Below are positions 1 through 12,597 of a stretch of DNA of 60,805 nucleotides, piece after piece. The translations under genes and the position numbers were made by a program. The DNA is taken from contig NC_057719.1 in assembly GCF_004010195.1 (NCBI RefSeq), positions 61,279,588 to 61,340,392 on the forward strand, in the 5' to 3' direction. Source of the DNA: Chiloscyllium plagiosum (lineage: Eukaryota). Position 1 is the stretch's first letter. Every line of letters begins with the position of its first letter. The notes below the pieces were generated by a model, which did not search any database, was not told where the DNA came from, and saw nothing but the letters and a program-made list of their open reading frames with translations.

Positions 1-289
1 CCAGCTCAGCACTGTCCCCATGACTTGTCCGGACTTGTCCGACCTGCCTAGCTCCTTTTCCACCTATCCACTCCACCCTCTCCTCCCTGACCTATCACCT
101 TCATCTCCTCCCCCACTCACCTATTGTACTCTATGCTACTCTATCCCCACCCCCACCTTCCTCTAGCTTATCTCTCCACGCTTCAGGCTGTCTGCCTTTA
201 TTCCTGATGAAGGGCTTTTGCCCGAAATCGATTTCGAAGCTCCTCGGATGCTGCCTGAATTGCTGTGCTCTTCCAGCACCACTGATCCA
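1..289 (+). mobile_element. Penelope-like element 3' terminal region (family A) with decayed hammerhead motif
   Basis: C/T-rich UTR then CTGATGA-A-GGGC-TTTT-GCCC-GAAA (204-227) and the GGATGCTGCCTGA...CCAGCACC tail; same unit follows a GIY-YIG ORF at 56415-57240. Confidence 0.85.
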
Positions 290-1546
290 GGCTGAGGAAA
301 TAGCAGATGTGTTGGTTGAGATCTTTCAAAAGTCATTGGAGTCCGGGAAAGTCCCGGATGATAGGAAGATCGCTGTTGTAACCCCCTTGTTCAAGAAAGG
401 ATCAAGACAAAAGATGGAAAATTATAGGCCAATTAGCCTAATCTCGGTTGTTGGTAAAATTCTAGAATCCATCATTCGGGATGAGGTTTCTAAATTCTTG
501 GAAGAGCAGGGTCGGATTAGAACAGGTCAACATGGATTTAGTAAGGGAGGTCATGCCTGACAAACCTGTTAGAATTCTTTGAAGAGGTAACAAGTAGGTT
601 AGACCAGGGAAACCCAGTGGATTTGGTCCATCTAGACTTCCAAAAGGCCTTTGATAAGGTGCCACACAGGAGGCTGCTGAACAAGGTGAGGGCCCGTGGT
701 GTTCGAGGTGAGCTACTGGCATGGATTGAGGATTGGCTGTCTGACAGAAGGCAGAGAGTTGAGATAAAAGGTTCTTTTTCGGAATGGCAGCCGGTGATAA
801 GCGGTGTCCCACAGGGTTCAGTGTTGGGGCCGCAGCTGTTCACGTTATATATTAATGATCTGGATGAAGGGACTGGCGGCATTCTAGCGAACTTTGCTTA
901 TGATACGAAGTTAGGTGGACAGGCAGGTAGTACTGAGGAAGTGGGGAGGCTGCAGAAGGATCAAGACAGTTTGGGAGAGTGGTCCAGGAAATGGCTGATG
1001 GAATTCAATGTGAGCGAATGCGAGGTCTTGCACTTTGGAAAAAAGAATACAAGCATGGACTACTTTCTAAACGGTGAGAAAATTCATAAAGCCAAAGTAC
1101 AAAGGGATCTGGGAGTGCTGGTCGAGGATTCCTTAAAGGTAAACATGCAGGTTGAGTCCGTGATTAAGAAAGCGAATGCAATGTTGTCATTTATCTCAAG
1201 AGGGTTGGAATATAAAAGCACTGGTTAGGCCCCATTTGGAGTACTGTGTCCAGTTTTGGTCCCCACACCTCAGGAAGGACATACTGGCACTGGAGCGTGT
1301 CCAGCGGAGATTCACACGGATGATCNNNNNNNNNNNNNNNNNNNNNNNNNNNNNNNNNNNNNNNNNNNNNNNNNNCGCTAAATGTCTTCAAGGCAGAGAT
1401 TGATAAATTCTTGACGTCACAAGGAATTAAGGGCTACGGGTAAGTGGAGTTGAAATGCCCATCAGCCATGATTGAATGGTGGAGTGGACTCGATGGGCCG
1501 AATGGCCTTACTTCCACTCCTATGTCTTATGGTTTTATGGTCTTAT
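290..1546 (+). mobile_element. CR1 LINE, 5'-truncated (RT to 3' tail), inactive
   Basis: ORFs 207-560, 617-1228 and 1176-1403 give NYRPISL, LDFQKAFDKVPH, SGVPQGSVLGP, FAYDTK (mutated FADDTK) and [14 protein letters not shown]; frameshifts; TCTTATGG-type tail. Confidence 0.95.
1326..1375. other. Assembly gap (50 N)
   Basis: Run of n inside the CR1 copy. Confidence 1.
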
Positions 1547-1736
1547 AATCCTTTCACAGTTTCAGGTGACAGTGTGCTGGGGAGTGGGGAGTTATTATGA
1601 ATTAATGAATGAAACATGGAAGTAGTAACTATAGAGCACTTGTGAGCAAATTGTAAAAAATGACCTTAACACAAAAGTAAAGAAACTTATCATACAATAT
1701 CTCACAAAATAAGATGTTTTAAGGCGATTGACTTTC

Positions 1737-2258
1737 TGTATCACTCAAGACACACCACCTAGACCACGGAGGCCTTGCCAATTGCTAACTGATATAAGTG
1801 AGCAGGGCAGAACCTTAGGAGATCACAGGATATTCAGGGTAAAGGTTAGAAGATAAGCAAGTGACCACAAAAGTGAACAGGCACCATATGCTTGAATCCA
1901 ACTAGTAGATATGTAATACACAATGATCTGATGTAATCAAAGTGCCTAGTTATTTGAATAATAAATTTGATATAGTTACTTTTCAGACCTGATGTTTTAA
2001 CTGCCTAGTCAACTGATTTACAAACTTGATGTAATCATCGTCCAGTTGATTGAACTTATGGACTTGATATTTTGACATAAGAAAGTATAAAAATGGTATT
2101 GGACAAATGTTTGACAGAGTGAGCTCAATCGTCCTGCATGACGATCTTGATTTCCTCTCCTTGCTGTAATTGATTACTGCTCGAATAAACTGCAGTTTCT
2201 GCTAATTTCCCGACATCTTCAGAGACTTCTTGCCTCAGAGACCAAAGTCACTCCTACA
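1737..2258 (+). mobile_element. Possible solo LTR
   Basis: TG...CA ends, TATAAAA at 2086, AATAAA at 2184 about 70 nt before the end; no TSD seen. Confidence 0.4.
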
Positions 2259-2411
2259 GTTGCAAAACAGTTTGGAAGGAAGAATACTTTGTGACACAAA
2301 GAAAGATAATGGGGTTTATGAATCAAGACTATTTTTATAGCCCAACTAATGTAAACACAGGCTAACAAATATGAACATGCATTGAAGTAAAAGGCACCCA
2401 TTAATTTTATA

Positions 2412-2695
2412 TTAGATTACTTACAGTGTGGAAACAGGCCCTTTGGCCCAACAAGTCCACACCGACCCTCCGAAGAGCAACCCACCCAGACCCATTCCCC
2501 TACACCTAACACTACGGGCAATTTAGCATGGCCAATTCACCTAACCTGCACATTTTTGGACTGTGGGAGGAAACGGGAGCAAACCCACACAGATACGGGG
2601 AGAATGTGTAAACTACACACAGACAGTTGCCTGAGGCGGGAATTGAACCCGGATCTCTGGTGCTGGGAGGCAGCAGTGCTAACCACCATGCCACG
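2412..2695 (-). mobile_element. HE1-type tRNA-derived SINE
   Basis: Reverse complement has GTGGTTAGCACTGCTGCCTC / GGGTTCAATTCCC A- and B-box head, GTTTGCAC..TTCTCCCCG-like core and AATCT tail; matches 37566-37866. Confidence 0.93.
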
Positions 2696-3452
2696 ATTTA
2701 GTTTTGTATCTTAAAGTATGTAACAGGTCTACATATTTTAATTTTGCATGTTTTTTATTAGCTTTAGACATCAACAATTATTGAGGAATAATACATGGTT
2801 CTTGCAGTTAAGGAATGTTGATGGACTTTAGATTTTCCTGAATACTTAGTAGGAATCAGTTAGGGCGTCTGGGCAACATTAAATCACATTATATACTATA
2901 AGGAGACACACACATTTCTGGTACACCATTAACCTTGAAGAGATCTATAAAGTAAATAAGTTATTAAAATCAAGCTGTCATAAAAGGAACACGGCTGGCA
3001 TTTCAAGGAACAAATCACAAGATAGTAAGAAGCGATATCAGTAAGATTACCTTCACTCTTGAAGAAACCAATTGTGAATTCTGCATACTCTGCTTAGCTT
3101 TTTGAGACTGATCATGTGCTATATGTGCAACGGCAAGCCAAGGAAAATTCAGAATGTTTCTGATCATGCACAGGAGGTTGCAGCTAGCAAAGGTTTACAG
3201 GAGGTTACTTCCAGCAGATCAGTGCAGAGTACAATACCGAAGACAGAGAGACAACTTCAGTCAACAGAACATAAAAATAGAAATGTGCCCAATCAGCCAG
3301 AAACCACAGCTGCTGCCCCAAAGTGAATGGCCTAGAAATCACTGCCCATGTGTTTTGTTTCTTTTAAGATAGCAAGTCCCTTGGGTTCCATTCTTAAATA
3401 CATTCGCAAGTCAGAGCACAATCCACGACAACATAAATTAGCCAGTCGTAAA

Positions 3453-3524
3453 TAAAATAACTGCACAGAGGCCAGTATCCCATCACCAAGTCACCCTTTA
3501 CTTACATGTCCACAGTACATGGAC
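3453..3524 (-). repeat. 3' LTR of the Gypsy element, distal part
   Basis: CAGTATCCCATCACCAAGTCACCCTTTA...CAGTACATGGAC matches 9471-9542. Confidence 0.9.
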
Positions 3525-5193
3525 AAGGTTTGCACAAAGGTTTGTAGCTTGGGTGCCAGTTGCTGGAGTTATGGGTATGTTTGCTGAGCTGGGAAGTTGA
3601 TGTGCAGATGTATCGTATCCTGACTAGGTGATAGCTTCAGTGTTTTGGAGACTCCTGTGAAGCACTGCTGTACCGTGTCTTCTCAAATTTATTTGGTTCC
3701 ATTTGTGCTGCTTCCGGTTGCTCATCTTAGTGGCTAGTATATTGGGTCTAGGTCTCTGTGTTTGTTGATGGAGTCCTTGGATGAGTGCCATGCTTCTAGA
3801 AATTCTTTGGTTGTCCTCTGTTTAGCTTGCCTTATGATCGTGTTATCCAAGTCGAATCTGTGGTCATCTGTGTCTATGGCTACTAGTGACAGTTAGTCAT
3901 GGCATTTAGTAGTTAGTTGGTGTTCATGGATGCACATTGTTAGTTGTCTGCCTGTTTGCCCTTTGTAGGGTTTTGTGCAGTCTTTGCATGGAATCTTGTA
4001 TAAATTACGTTAGTCTTGCACATGATGGGTATCAGGTCTTTTGTTCTGGTGAGTTGCTATCTGAGTGTGGCTGTTTGTTTATGGGCTGTCCTGAATCAGA
4101 GTCGTCAGAGAGGTCTGGCTGTTAATTCTGGATGTTTTTTTCTCTTATGGCTAGTGTGTTGGTTCATGGCATGTCCTCATCGCATTGTTTATCTGCTAGG
4201 CATCTGCGATGAAGTTGCAAGGATATCTGTTCTTGGTGAATACTCTGTAGAAGTGTTCTTCTCTTCGCAGGTCAGAAAAGCTACAGTGTGTTGTAGCTTT
4301 TTTGAACAGGGACCTAATGTCCCTTCTCTTGTGTGTGTTCAGATGGCTGCTGTTGTAGTTCAGGATCTGGTTCGTGTGTGTGCTGTTTCTGTATATTCTT
4401 GTACTGCATTCACCGTTCTGTGTTCGTTCTACCATCACATCTGGGAATGGGAGTTGGTTGTTGGTTTCCTCTTCTCTCGTAAATTTAATCCCTGTGAGCA
4501 TGGTGTTGGTACTCGGTGTGTGTTCTTGATCTCAGATCTCTTAATAATTACAAAAGTTTTGTCTGCATATCTGATCCAGAGTTTGGGTCGGATTTGTGGG
4601 AGGCTGTTTGTTCCAGTCTTTGCATCACTGCTTCTGCTATGAGTCCGGAGACGGGTGAACCCAAAGATGTCCCAATGATCTGTTGAACTGTTGAATGTGA
4701 AGTGTGTCGTCAAACACAGGTCCAGTTGCTTGAGTACGCAGTCCTTGTTGATAGGTTCCCCATTGTGTTGTATGTTCTATTTGGCCAGGACGTTGGCTAT
4801 TGTCTCTTTGGCTAGAGTTTTGTCAATTGAAGTGAACAGTGCCATTATATCGAATGAGACCATTGCTTTGCCCTTGTCTATGTTTATGTTCTTGAAGTTG
4901 TCTAGGAATTCCTGTGATGATTGTGCGAAGTGCCTGGATCTGCTGATAAGATGTTTCAGTTTTTGTTGGAGTTCTTTTGTCAGTTTATGTGATGGAGTTC
5001 CTGGAAGTGTCACAACTGTAAAATCTTGGGGTGCTTTTGCCTTCTGGATTCATCCTTTGTAGGTCAATCCTGGTTATCAGTCGTTTTTTTTTGTAGGTTC
5101 CATTGTGTGTTGTTTTTTTCTATTAGTTAGCTGTAGCGTGGAGCCATAGTCCCTCTGTAGGTCAGTATTGGTATCTGCAAGTAGTTGCTCTTC
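3525..5193 (-). mobile_element. Penelope-like element (Poseidon-type RT + GIY-YIG), 5'-truncated, inserted in the LTR
   Basis: Minus ORFs: VSFDIMALFTSI, WIRYADKTF, GIKFTREEETNNQLPFPDV; GIY-YIG-like IPCKDC..PYKGQTGRQL..IHEHQ ~3920-4010; decayed hammerhead ~3607-3642. Confidence 0.93.
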
Positions 5194-5326
5194 TAACCAG
5201 CCAGCTCACAGCCAGTCCCTCAAGTGAGGAGACTCTCTCACATTTCTGTTTATATCTGTCAGCCAGTGCCCCATGATTAGCCTGGGCTAACACCCCCAAT
5301 CAAGGATCTCATACTCAAACATGACA
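5194..5326 (-). repeat. 3' LTR of the Gypsy element, proximal part
   Basis: CAGCCAGCTCA...CCAATCAAGG..CTCAT continues the match to 9543-9679; TGT start on minus strand. Confidence 0.85.
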
Positions 5327-6382
5327 GAGCATCAAGAGAGATTCCTCCCTTCTTCAGGCGGTAATGGTACTGAGGCTGCATCCATCTCAGTTTCTGCGAT
5401 TTCTTCAATCCTGGAGGGGGGATACCCACAGCTTTTGACAATCTTTCTGGCTCTTCTAAGTGGCCAGGTTTGTTTTGCTGCTTTGCTGTTTACAAGGTAG
5501 CAGCTTTCATCTGATCCATGTGTTTGTTCAGGATGGCCTCGTCTATCTGAACACTGTGTGCCACAGGTCCTGACCTCACATCGACTTTGCCTCATATACA
5601 AGCCAGGCAACTTCCACTGTTTCAATATCAAACTTCCTCCCCTGAATTAAACTGTCTTTATCTTTTCAAGGAGGCGTATGGCCAAAATTGGTGTTCTTAA
5701 TGGCATTTCACCCACCACCCCCGCTCCAGATATGACAATATCAGATTTAACCTGGTGCAGAGCCTTTTTCCATCAGAATACTGGACAATGGATGGTACGG
5801 AGCTGTCCAACATGATGAATTCCATTCATCTTTAGGAGATCCTCAAACTTCCTATTGGTAAATGACATCCCATTATCCATGATGAATACTTACAGGAGTT
5901 CGTGTATCGTGAACGATGCTCACGGTTTTTCAATCATCATCACTGAGTTTGCTGAATGAACTCTATGCATGTCCATTGACTCTGAATGGGAATCCACAAT
6001 GTCCAAGATATTGAGCTCATGAAAAGACCGACATAACCGGCATGTAACCCAGTCCAAGGTTTATCCGGTCATTCTCACAACAGTGGGTGAGCTGCTAGTG
6101 GTAAGTTTTGTCCTTGTTGGCACTCTGGGTACAGGCCCATCAATGCAGCTATGTCATAACGTCTTACCAACATTTTTATTTTGGAAATTCCTGGATGACC
6201 CTGGTGGAGTTCAGCCAGTATCTGGCAGTGTCCATTACTCGAGACATTCCCAACAATAATATGTTGTCCTTGACAGTGGTTGCGCCAGGTCCAGAAAAGT
6301 TATAATTCTGGTTGTGATGACCTTTTTGTTTCTCTCATCACCAGCAACCGATTTAGTTTTGCCAGGACAATATCTTTTTGTG

Positions 6383-6481
6383 ATTCTTGATGAAGGGTTT
6401 ATGCCTGAAACATTGATTCTCCTACTCCTTGGATGCTTCCTGACCTGTTGTGTCTACCCAGCACTACACTTTTTGACCGAG
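6383..6481 (+). mobile_element. Short PLE family A terminal insertion inside Gypsy pol
   Basis: TTGATGAAGGGTTTATGCCTGAAAC..GGATGCTTCCTGACC; flanked by ATCTTTTTGTG / ATCTTCTTGTG. Confidence 0.8.
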
Positions 6482-7640
6482 ATCTTCTTGTGTACACATT
6501 CGGAGATAGTCAGTGGTGACCGGTATGGTCCAGAAAATTTAAATCCAGAACGGACGCATCCAGCAGAAGCGCCATTGATGGCATATCTGTCAGTAGGTAG
6601 CAGCTCAAGGCATCCACCTTTGCTACTTGGTGTCCTGGATTGTGTTCCAAGTTGTAATTGTACACACAGAGAATAAGGACCAATCACTGAATTCGACCAG
6701 AAGCAATAAGTGGCACAGCCTCTTTGAGCTCAAAGACCTCTTTGAGCAGCCCTAGCAGGGGTTTGTGGTCCATTACAATTACAAATTTACATCCATAACA
6801 GTATTGGTGGAACTTTCTCACACCAAAGATGACCATCAAATCTTCCTTCCCCGTTCAGCAACAGCCAAAGTCTGGGAAGCAATACACGATCAGACGTTCC
6901 TCTCTGTTGGGCCACTGGTGAGCCAACACTACCCCGTAAGGGGAGACATTGCATGTTAGCATCACCTCTCACTTGGGATTGTAGTGTGCCAACACTTTAG
7001 GTGACAATAATTGTTTGAGAAAGATTCAGCTTGATTGGCTCAACTTTCTTTTTGATTAGGAAAAATGGCCACCTGAATGAAGTGCTAATTATTCTGTAAG
7101 GTCTAGGGAGTAACAAAGGAGCCAAGGCCACATTACATTTTGACCAGGAAGCAATTCTGCAATTTTGCCTTTTCACTTCTCCAAAGGCTACTTCTTGGTA
7201 CGTGACCATTTCCAAGGCTGACCTTTTTTTCAATAGCAGGTATAAAATATGTCAAGGTGGAGGTCAAGTTATGTATGAATCTTCTACAATAATTCACCAA
7301 CCCAAAGAAAGGCCTAACCTTGAGTACAGACATGGGAGCCAGGTCACCTTTGATCACCCTCACTTTATCTTCCAACAGGTATAACCCAATCTTGTCAAAT
7401 CTATAAGCCAAATAGGTCACTGGGGTGTCTGGAGCACACATTTTTTTTCCCTTTGAAGGCATACAACTGCCTGGGAAAAAAACATTTAAGCACCACATCC
7501 AAAGTTCTCTAAGTGTTCTCTACTTTTCTTCCCACTGTTAGCACATCATCCAAATAAATGACAACCTGGGGTAGACCTTGAAAAATGTTCTCCATTGTCC
7601 ACTGTAAAAGGTTGCAGGCTGATGATCCTCCAAATGGTAG

Positions 7641-7852
7641 TGTACGGATTGACCTCATTGATCCAGGTTAATAATCTCAAATTAAGAACCATGTAGTTAA
7701 TCAGGAAAGCTTTGGCTGACCAATACAACTAGGAGATTAGAACCTCCTCATTTCAGGATTGATTCCGAGCTGGCTGGCCACAGTCAGTATATTATGCAGT
7801 CGGAAATAAATGGTGACATGCTAATGGGTCCAGGCCTCGTACAGTTAGTTCA
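7641..7852 (+). mobile_element. Solo LTR related to the host Gypsy LTR, inserted antisense into RT
   Basis: TG...CA ends, 5-bp TSD GGTAG/GGCAG, 3' half resembles the reverse complement of 9471-9555; removal restores TRLPFG. Confidence 0.88.
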
Positions 7853-8696
7853 GGCAGTCTAGTTACATTGGTAAAAACCCTTATGGGTATTAATCGTGGC
7901 ATACTTTTGGGACCCTTCATCTAGTTGCAATTGCAGGTATGGATGGCTCATATCCAGCTTTGTGAAAGATAGGTTTTCACCACACCCCAAAACGACCTCA
8001 CCACCACCAACTTCTGCATTCAAGTCCTCAATGCGAGAGATTGGGTATTTACACAGATGCAAAAAGCAGTTTACCCATTTGTTTAAAATCCCCTCAAAGG
8101 TGTACCGACCTGTTGTGCTTCACAATCAATACGAGTGCTGTCCACTGCGCAAACTGTACTGATTTGATGATTCCTTTGCTTTCTCGCCTCTTAATGTTTG
8201 CCTCTACTTTTGTACATAAGCAAAATTGCACCGGACAAGCCTTGTGCAATTGCAGAGTTGCTTCCTGGTCAATATGTAAGGTGACCTTGGCTCCTTTGAT
8301 AGTCCCTAAACCTTCCTGAAAAACATCTGTGTATTTAATTAAGACTTTACTCAGGTAGCTATTTTCTAATTTAAAAAAATCAAGATGAATCTTCCTCAAC
8401 CTATTCTGCTCCATCAAGCTGGGGCCTGAGCCTTTTATTACAATCAGTGGTAACTGCACCAACTGCTTCTCATAGGAGACCAGAACCAAGATCGCACCCT
8501 TAATCTGTAACAGCTCCGCCATGTATATTTTCAATCTGGAGTTGGAGTCCAGAGTGAACCTTGTTAAAAACTGGTTTTGCAATCATTGATATAGCTGCAC
8601 CGGTATCGACCTGCTTGAGAACTGGTTCACCATTTAACTCGACATTTATTTTGACTGGTTCTGATTAGGATTTTGCTAAGCGATTTAATTGTTCTC

Positions 8697-8830
8697 GTTC
8701 TGAGGAAGGCTCACTTAACCCATAACATTAACTCTGATTTCTCTCCACAGATGTTGTTAGACCCACTGATCTTTATCAGCAATTACTATTTTTATGTTTC
8801 TTAACACTTTCAGACTTTCTTGGATGTGCA
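8697..8830 (+). mobile_element. PLE family B terminal fragment with decayed hammerhead
   Basis: GTTCTGAGGAAGGCTCAC...ACATTAACTCTGATTTCTCTCCACAGATG, as at 47160 and 55062. Confidence 0.75.
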
Positions 8831-9470
8831 TTCTCCTGGATGCAGCAATCATGGGAGCCAAATTTACATGGCTCACTATTGGGATACCCTGTAACTCATT
8901 TGTTCCACTTGCCACATTTTATAATAACAAAGCCAGTGAAGTCCAGTTTGGATACAGATAGCGGCCACTTTTCCATGGTTACATCATTAATGCTCTGTCA
9001 AATGGTCTCTCATCTCATTCAGGGTTAACCCAAAATCACATGCTTCTGCCAGTCATCTTAACCTAGTCAAAACTCCTAATCCAGATTTCCTTGGTTCTCA
9101 ACTGCTGAATAAAACCAATAGGGTCTCAGAACTAGAGGAGGCTTGGGATCATACTGTTCCTTCACCAAACTGGTCAACTCTTCAAAGATTTTACTATCTG
9201 GTGCCTCAGGGAAAATTAGGCTCCTAATAACTGAAAATGCTGCAAGTCTGAAGTAGTCAGAAGGATTAATTGTTGCATTTCACCTGCCCCAATATCATTT
9301 ACTTGGAAGAAGTAATGCATTCCACATTCTGGTCCCAGACATCAATGGCAGGATCGAGCGAGTCAAGCTTCCTAAGTAAAGGCATGTCACCCAAAATGCT
9401 TACACCAAATCAAAGATGATTATTGCAAGTGAATTTTCTTCAGCAGCATACTGTTTTCCATTGTCTCTAC

Positions 9471-9679
9471 TGAAATAGCAGCACAGGAATCAGTATCCCA
9501 TCACCAAGTCACCCTTTATTTACATGTGCACAGTACATGGACTGATCAGCCAGCTCAGAGACATCCCCTAGAGCGAGGGGACTCTGTGAATCTCCTGTTA
9601 TATTTGTCAGCGAGGGTTCCCTGACTGGCCTGGATTAACAGCTCCAGCTCCAATCAAGGCCCTCATTCCAATCACTACA
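9471..9679 (-). repeat. 5' LTR of the Gypsy element
   Basis: TGTAGTG...TTTCA on minus strand, AATAAA near its 3' end, gag ATG 85 nt downstream. Confidence 0.9.
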
Positions 9680-10956
9680 ATAAGTACTGGAAATGTTCAC
9701 ATGTTGGTTCTTTAAAATTACATCCCTATATGGGATCGTATTTGTAAGTACAAGCACTCGTAAGATGGGAAACCCTGTACCTTTTTTGACAAATGTAATA
9801 AATTATGAAACTTGCGAAAATATAGTTGATCCTAAATTGTTCTTGTCATTATGATTTGTAAATCATTAGATTGGATTTCTCAACTCAGTCCATAATTGTC
9901 ACTGATTTAAGCCATATGATTAAAATCTTAAATTGGCTTTGATCAGATTTTGACACTGGAAACAGAGGGTGGTTGCCAAGAATGTGAAGATTAGAAATTC
10001 AGGGTGACATTTGTCTCTCCCTGGTTTGGTGCCCAGAACAGAAAGAAAGTTGAGAAATATGGAAAGAATGAAAAGAAGTTATAATTTTGATGTCAGGAAA
10101 ATATTTTAAGATTTTCTCCATGAACTTGAAATAGTGACTTCAGAATCTCACTATTGAGCGATGACTATCTTACTTCCATGAATTTGCAGGAGATTAACAG
10201 CCTGGCTCATCTTATTTCCATGCCAATTCTCATTTTCTCCTTCTACATAAATGAGATGATATAGATTCTCAAAATACAAGTGAGAGCAGACACCTGCCAT
10301 CTGCATCTCATTAACTGCTCATCTCAGCCATCATTCAATCATTCAACTGTGTCTGAACCATAATGTGCCTCCATGTTCCAGAATCCACCAGCCTCATTAC
10401 ATCATTATGTCTGCTCCAGGACCAACATAGACACCACTTTCCTTCAACTCTTTACTTTGGAGCTTAGGGACTTCCATGACTTGCATTTTTTTTTTCTCAA
10501 GTCGCAATGCATGCAGCGTCACATGCACATCTATGCAGAATTCATTTGACGACTCATAGACATTCTAGACATTCACTCACATTCCGCTGACCTGGAGGTT
10601 GCCAACCTATTCCCACTTTACATTGCTTTTGTTGCAAAGAGGAAGACTCGGGGAATACTGAACAGTCAAAAGGCTGGATATGTCGATATATGGCATCACG
10701 CTACATCAACATCACAGCTGCAGCATGTGTTAGCGGCTTAAGCAGCAAACACAATGCAGTTTGCTTCAAATGATGCCTGAAAGTCAAATAGGACCAAGTC
10801 CTTGGTGGGGTCAAGAGGGATTACAGATCAATTGTCATTAAGACTAGTAAATCATTAGATTGGATTCCAGGACACCCAGATTCCAGACCAAGGGGTTGGC
10901 CATGATCACTCGTGTGAGTTGTGCAGCCAGAATTTGAGGATTCATAACCTTGCAAT

Positions 10957-10958
<2 letters not shown>

Positions 10959-10990
<32 letters not shown>
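10959..10990. repeat. (AT)16 microsatellite
   Basis: Perfect AT run. Confidence 0.98.
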
Positions 10991-10993
<3 letters not shown>

Positions 10994-11099
10994 ATTAAGC
11001 AGGTACAGCTCCTGGCATCACACTGACACTGGAACTCTGATTACATTATTCCTTGAGTGGCACGCAAAATGTTTATCAGGAGAGAGAGTACAAAACAAT

Positions 11100-12075
11100 C
11101 ATTTTTTGAAGATTAACAGAATCATACTGCTGGAGGTTGAGTATTTTTTCTCAAGGGGAAGGTATTTTCTTATACTTCAAGTCAAGAAGGTAAGCCAATA
11201 AAGATATTGATCAAGTCAGTCACTGATGGTGGCTGATGATCCTATTTGTGTTATGACTGCATGTCAGACCCACAGAATTAGACAGAAATAAAAAGGTGTC
11301 TGTAACAGGGAGATGGTTTGAAAATTAATTTATTGGATAGCAATATAAATAGGGTTAAAAAGATTGAGCCTGATATATTTAGCCAATTATTTTTACTAGA
11401 AATGCAATGGGCTTGATTGTAATTGGAAACATTATGCCAAACAGATTTGTTGTACCAACAAAAGTTGAGGAATGGGCAATGATCCATAAAGTGGTATTGA
11501 GCAACGTAATGAAATTTTATGAGTGGCTCACAAAATTCCAAGGGCAGGTCATACTGGAATTATTAAAATACAGGTTTTAATGTTAAAATGTAACCTTGGC
11601 CAATAAAAATGTTAAGATGTTCTCAAATTTTACCAGATAGGCCGTACATGTCAGGTAGTAGGGAAAACCCAACCATTAACGATCTACACCTTTAATTCCA
11701 ATAGAACTTTAAAAGAACCATTTAGCAAGGTCTATTGGAGTAAGCCCCAATCTAAAACAAAATGGGAATCAAGATCATTTAATGACTGTGGAGGTGCTTT
11801 CACAAGATTTCCTGAAGCACAGCCTTTAGGAAAAATTACTGAAAAAGTAACAGTGAAAAAGTCACTTCAATTTCTTTTACAAGATGTGGATTACCAAAAG
11901 AAATAAAATTTGAGTCTTGATGTGATTGTATATCACAAGTATTCAAGAAAGTGATAACTAACTTGAGAGTAAAATAATTTATATCTTCTGCTAATCACCC
12001 ACAATCTCAAGGTTCATTACATAGATGCCATCAAACTTTGAAGACTATGATTGGAGCTTACTGCTAAGAGATTGA
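11100..12075 (+). mobile_element. Decayed LTR-retrotransposon protease/integrase fragment (Gmr1-like)
   Basis: Remnants AGHTGI, CQVVGK, EPFS, FPEAQPLGKIT, GLPKEI, SANHPQSQGSLHRCHQTLKTMI. Confidence 0.75.
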
Positions 12076-12490
12076 GAACGAAAGGCTTGTCAGTTATTTT
12101 TCAAATAAACTGATCAGGTGTCAGCAAATATATTTAGCGATTCTGAAGGAACACTGATATTTGTTTTGGTTTGAGATAAGAACTTATTATTTCAATTAAA
12201 CTTAATTCTTCAACCACATAATTTGAAAAGTGTTTATCTTCCTGGAAAGCATGTTTGAAGGATACCGAGTGATATTGTGCACACAAACCTATGTAAAATA
12301 TGCTTGCTATATAACATGTCAATGTGCTATTAGCTATAGCATTAAGATAATTTTTGAGGAGCATTACAAATCTCTCTCAGAGCTACGTATCATTTTTCTT
12401 TGGAGGAGGTGTGAGATCTACAAATTTCTGAATACAATTTATATTTGAGCTCATTCTCACAGGGTTTAATGATTGACTTGCAGATATTTC

Positions 12491-12597
12491 TGAGAGAGAA
12501 AGAGATCTCGAAAGAGAGAAAAAGAAAGAGAAAAAGAGAAAGAAAGACAAACAGAGAGGGAGAGGGAAAGAGAAAGAGAGAGGGAAAGAGGGAGAGG
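12491..12597. repeat. GA-rich polypurine low-complexity tract
   Basis: About 105 nt of nearly pure A/G. Confidence 0.9.

Larger units (their letters stand above)
3453..9679 (-). mobile_element. Ty3/Gypsy LTR retrotransposon, near full length, decayed, with nested insertions
   Basis: Two related LTRs (9471-9679; 3453-3524 joined to 5194-5326); minus-strand gag start MPLLRKLDSLDPA at 9385, protease VDTGAAIS ~8600, RT TRLPFG and IYLDDV ~7860-7545, RNase H DHKPL ~6765, integrase ~6200-5700; flanks GTAAA/ATAAG may be a decayed 5-bp TSD. Confidence 0.92.

Noticed and set aside
617..1228. 203-aa ORF as a functional reverse transcriptase
   Set aside because: CR1 fragment with frameshifts on both sides and FADD changed to FAYD
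2990..3440. Short ORFs (3102-3326, 3154-3372) as an exon or gag relic
   Set aside because: Only vague NCEF / LRL-like similarity, stops nearby, no convincing splice sites
4016..4642. 208-aa hydrophobic plus-strand ORF resembling a membrane protein
   Set aside because: Antisense shadow of the Penelope RT region
12484..12597. Lys/Glu/Arg-rich exon after ttgcAG
   Set aside because: Explained by GA low complexity; poor pyrimidine tract and weak donor
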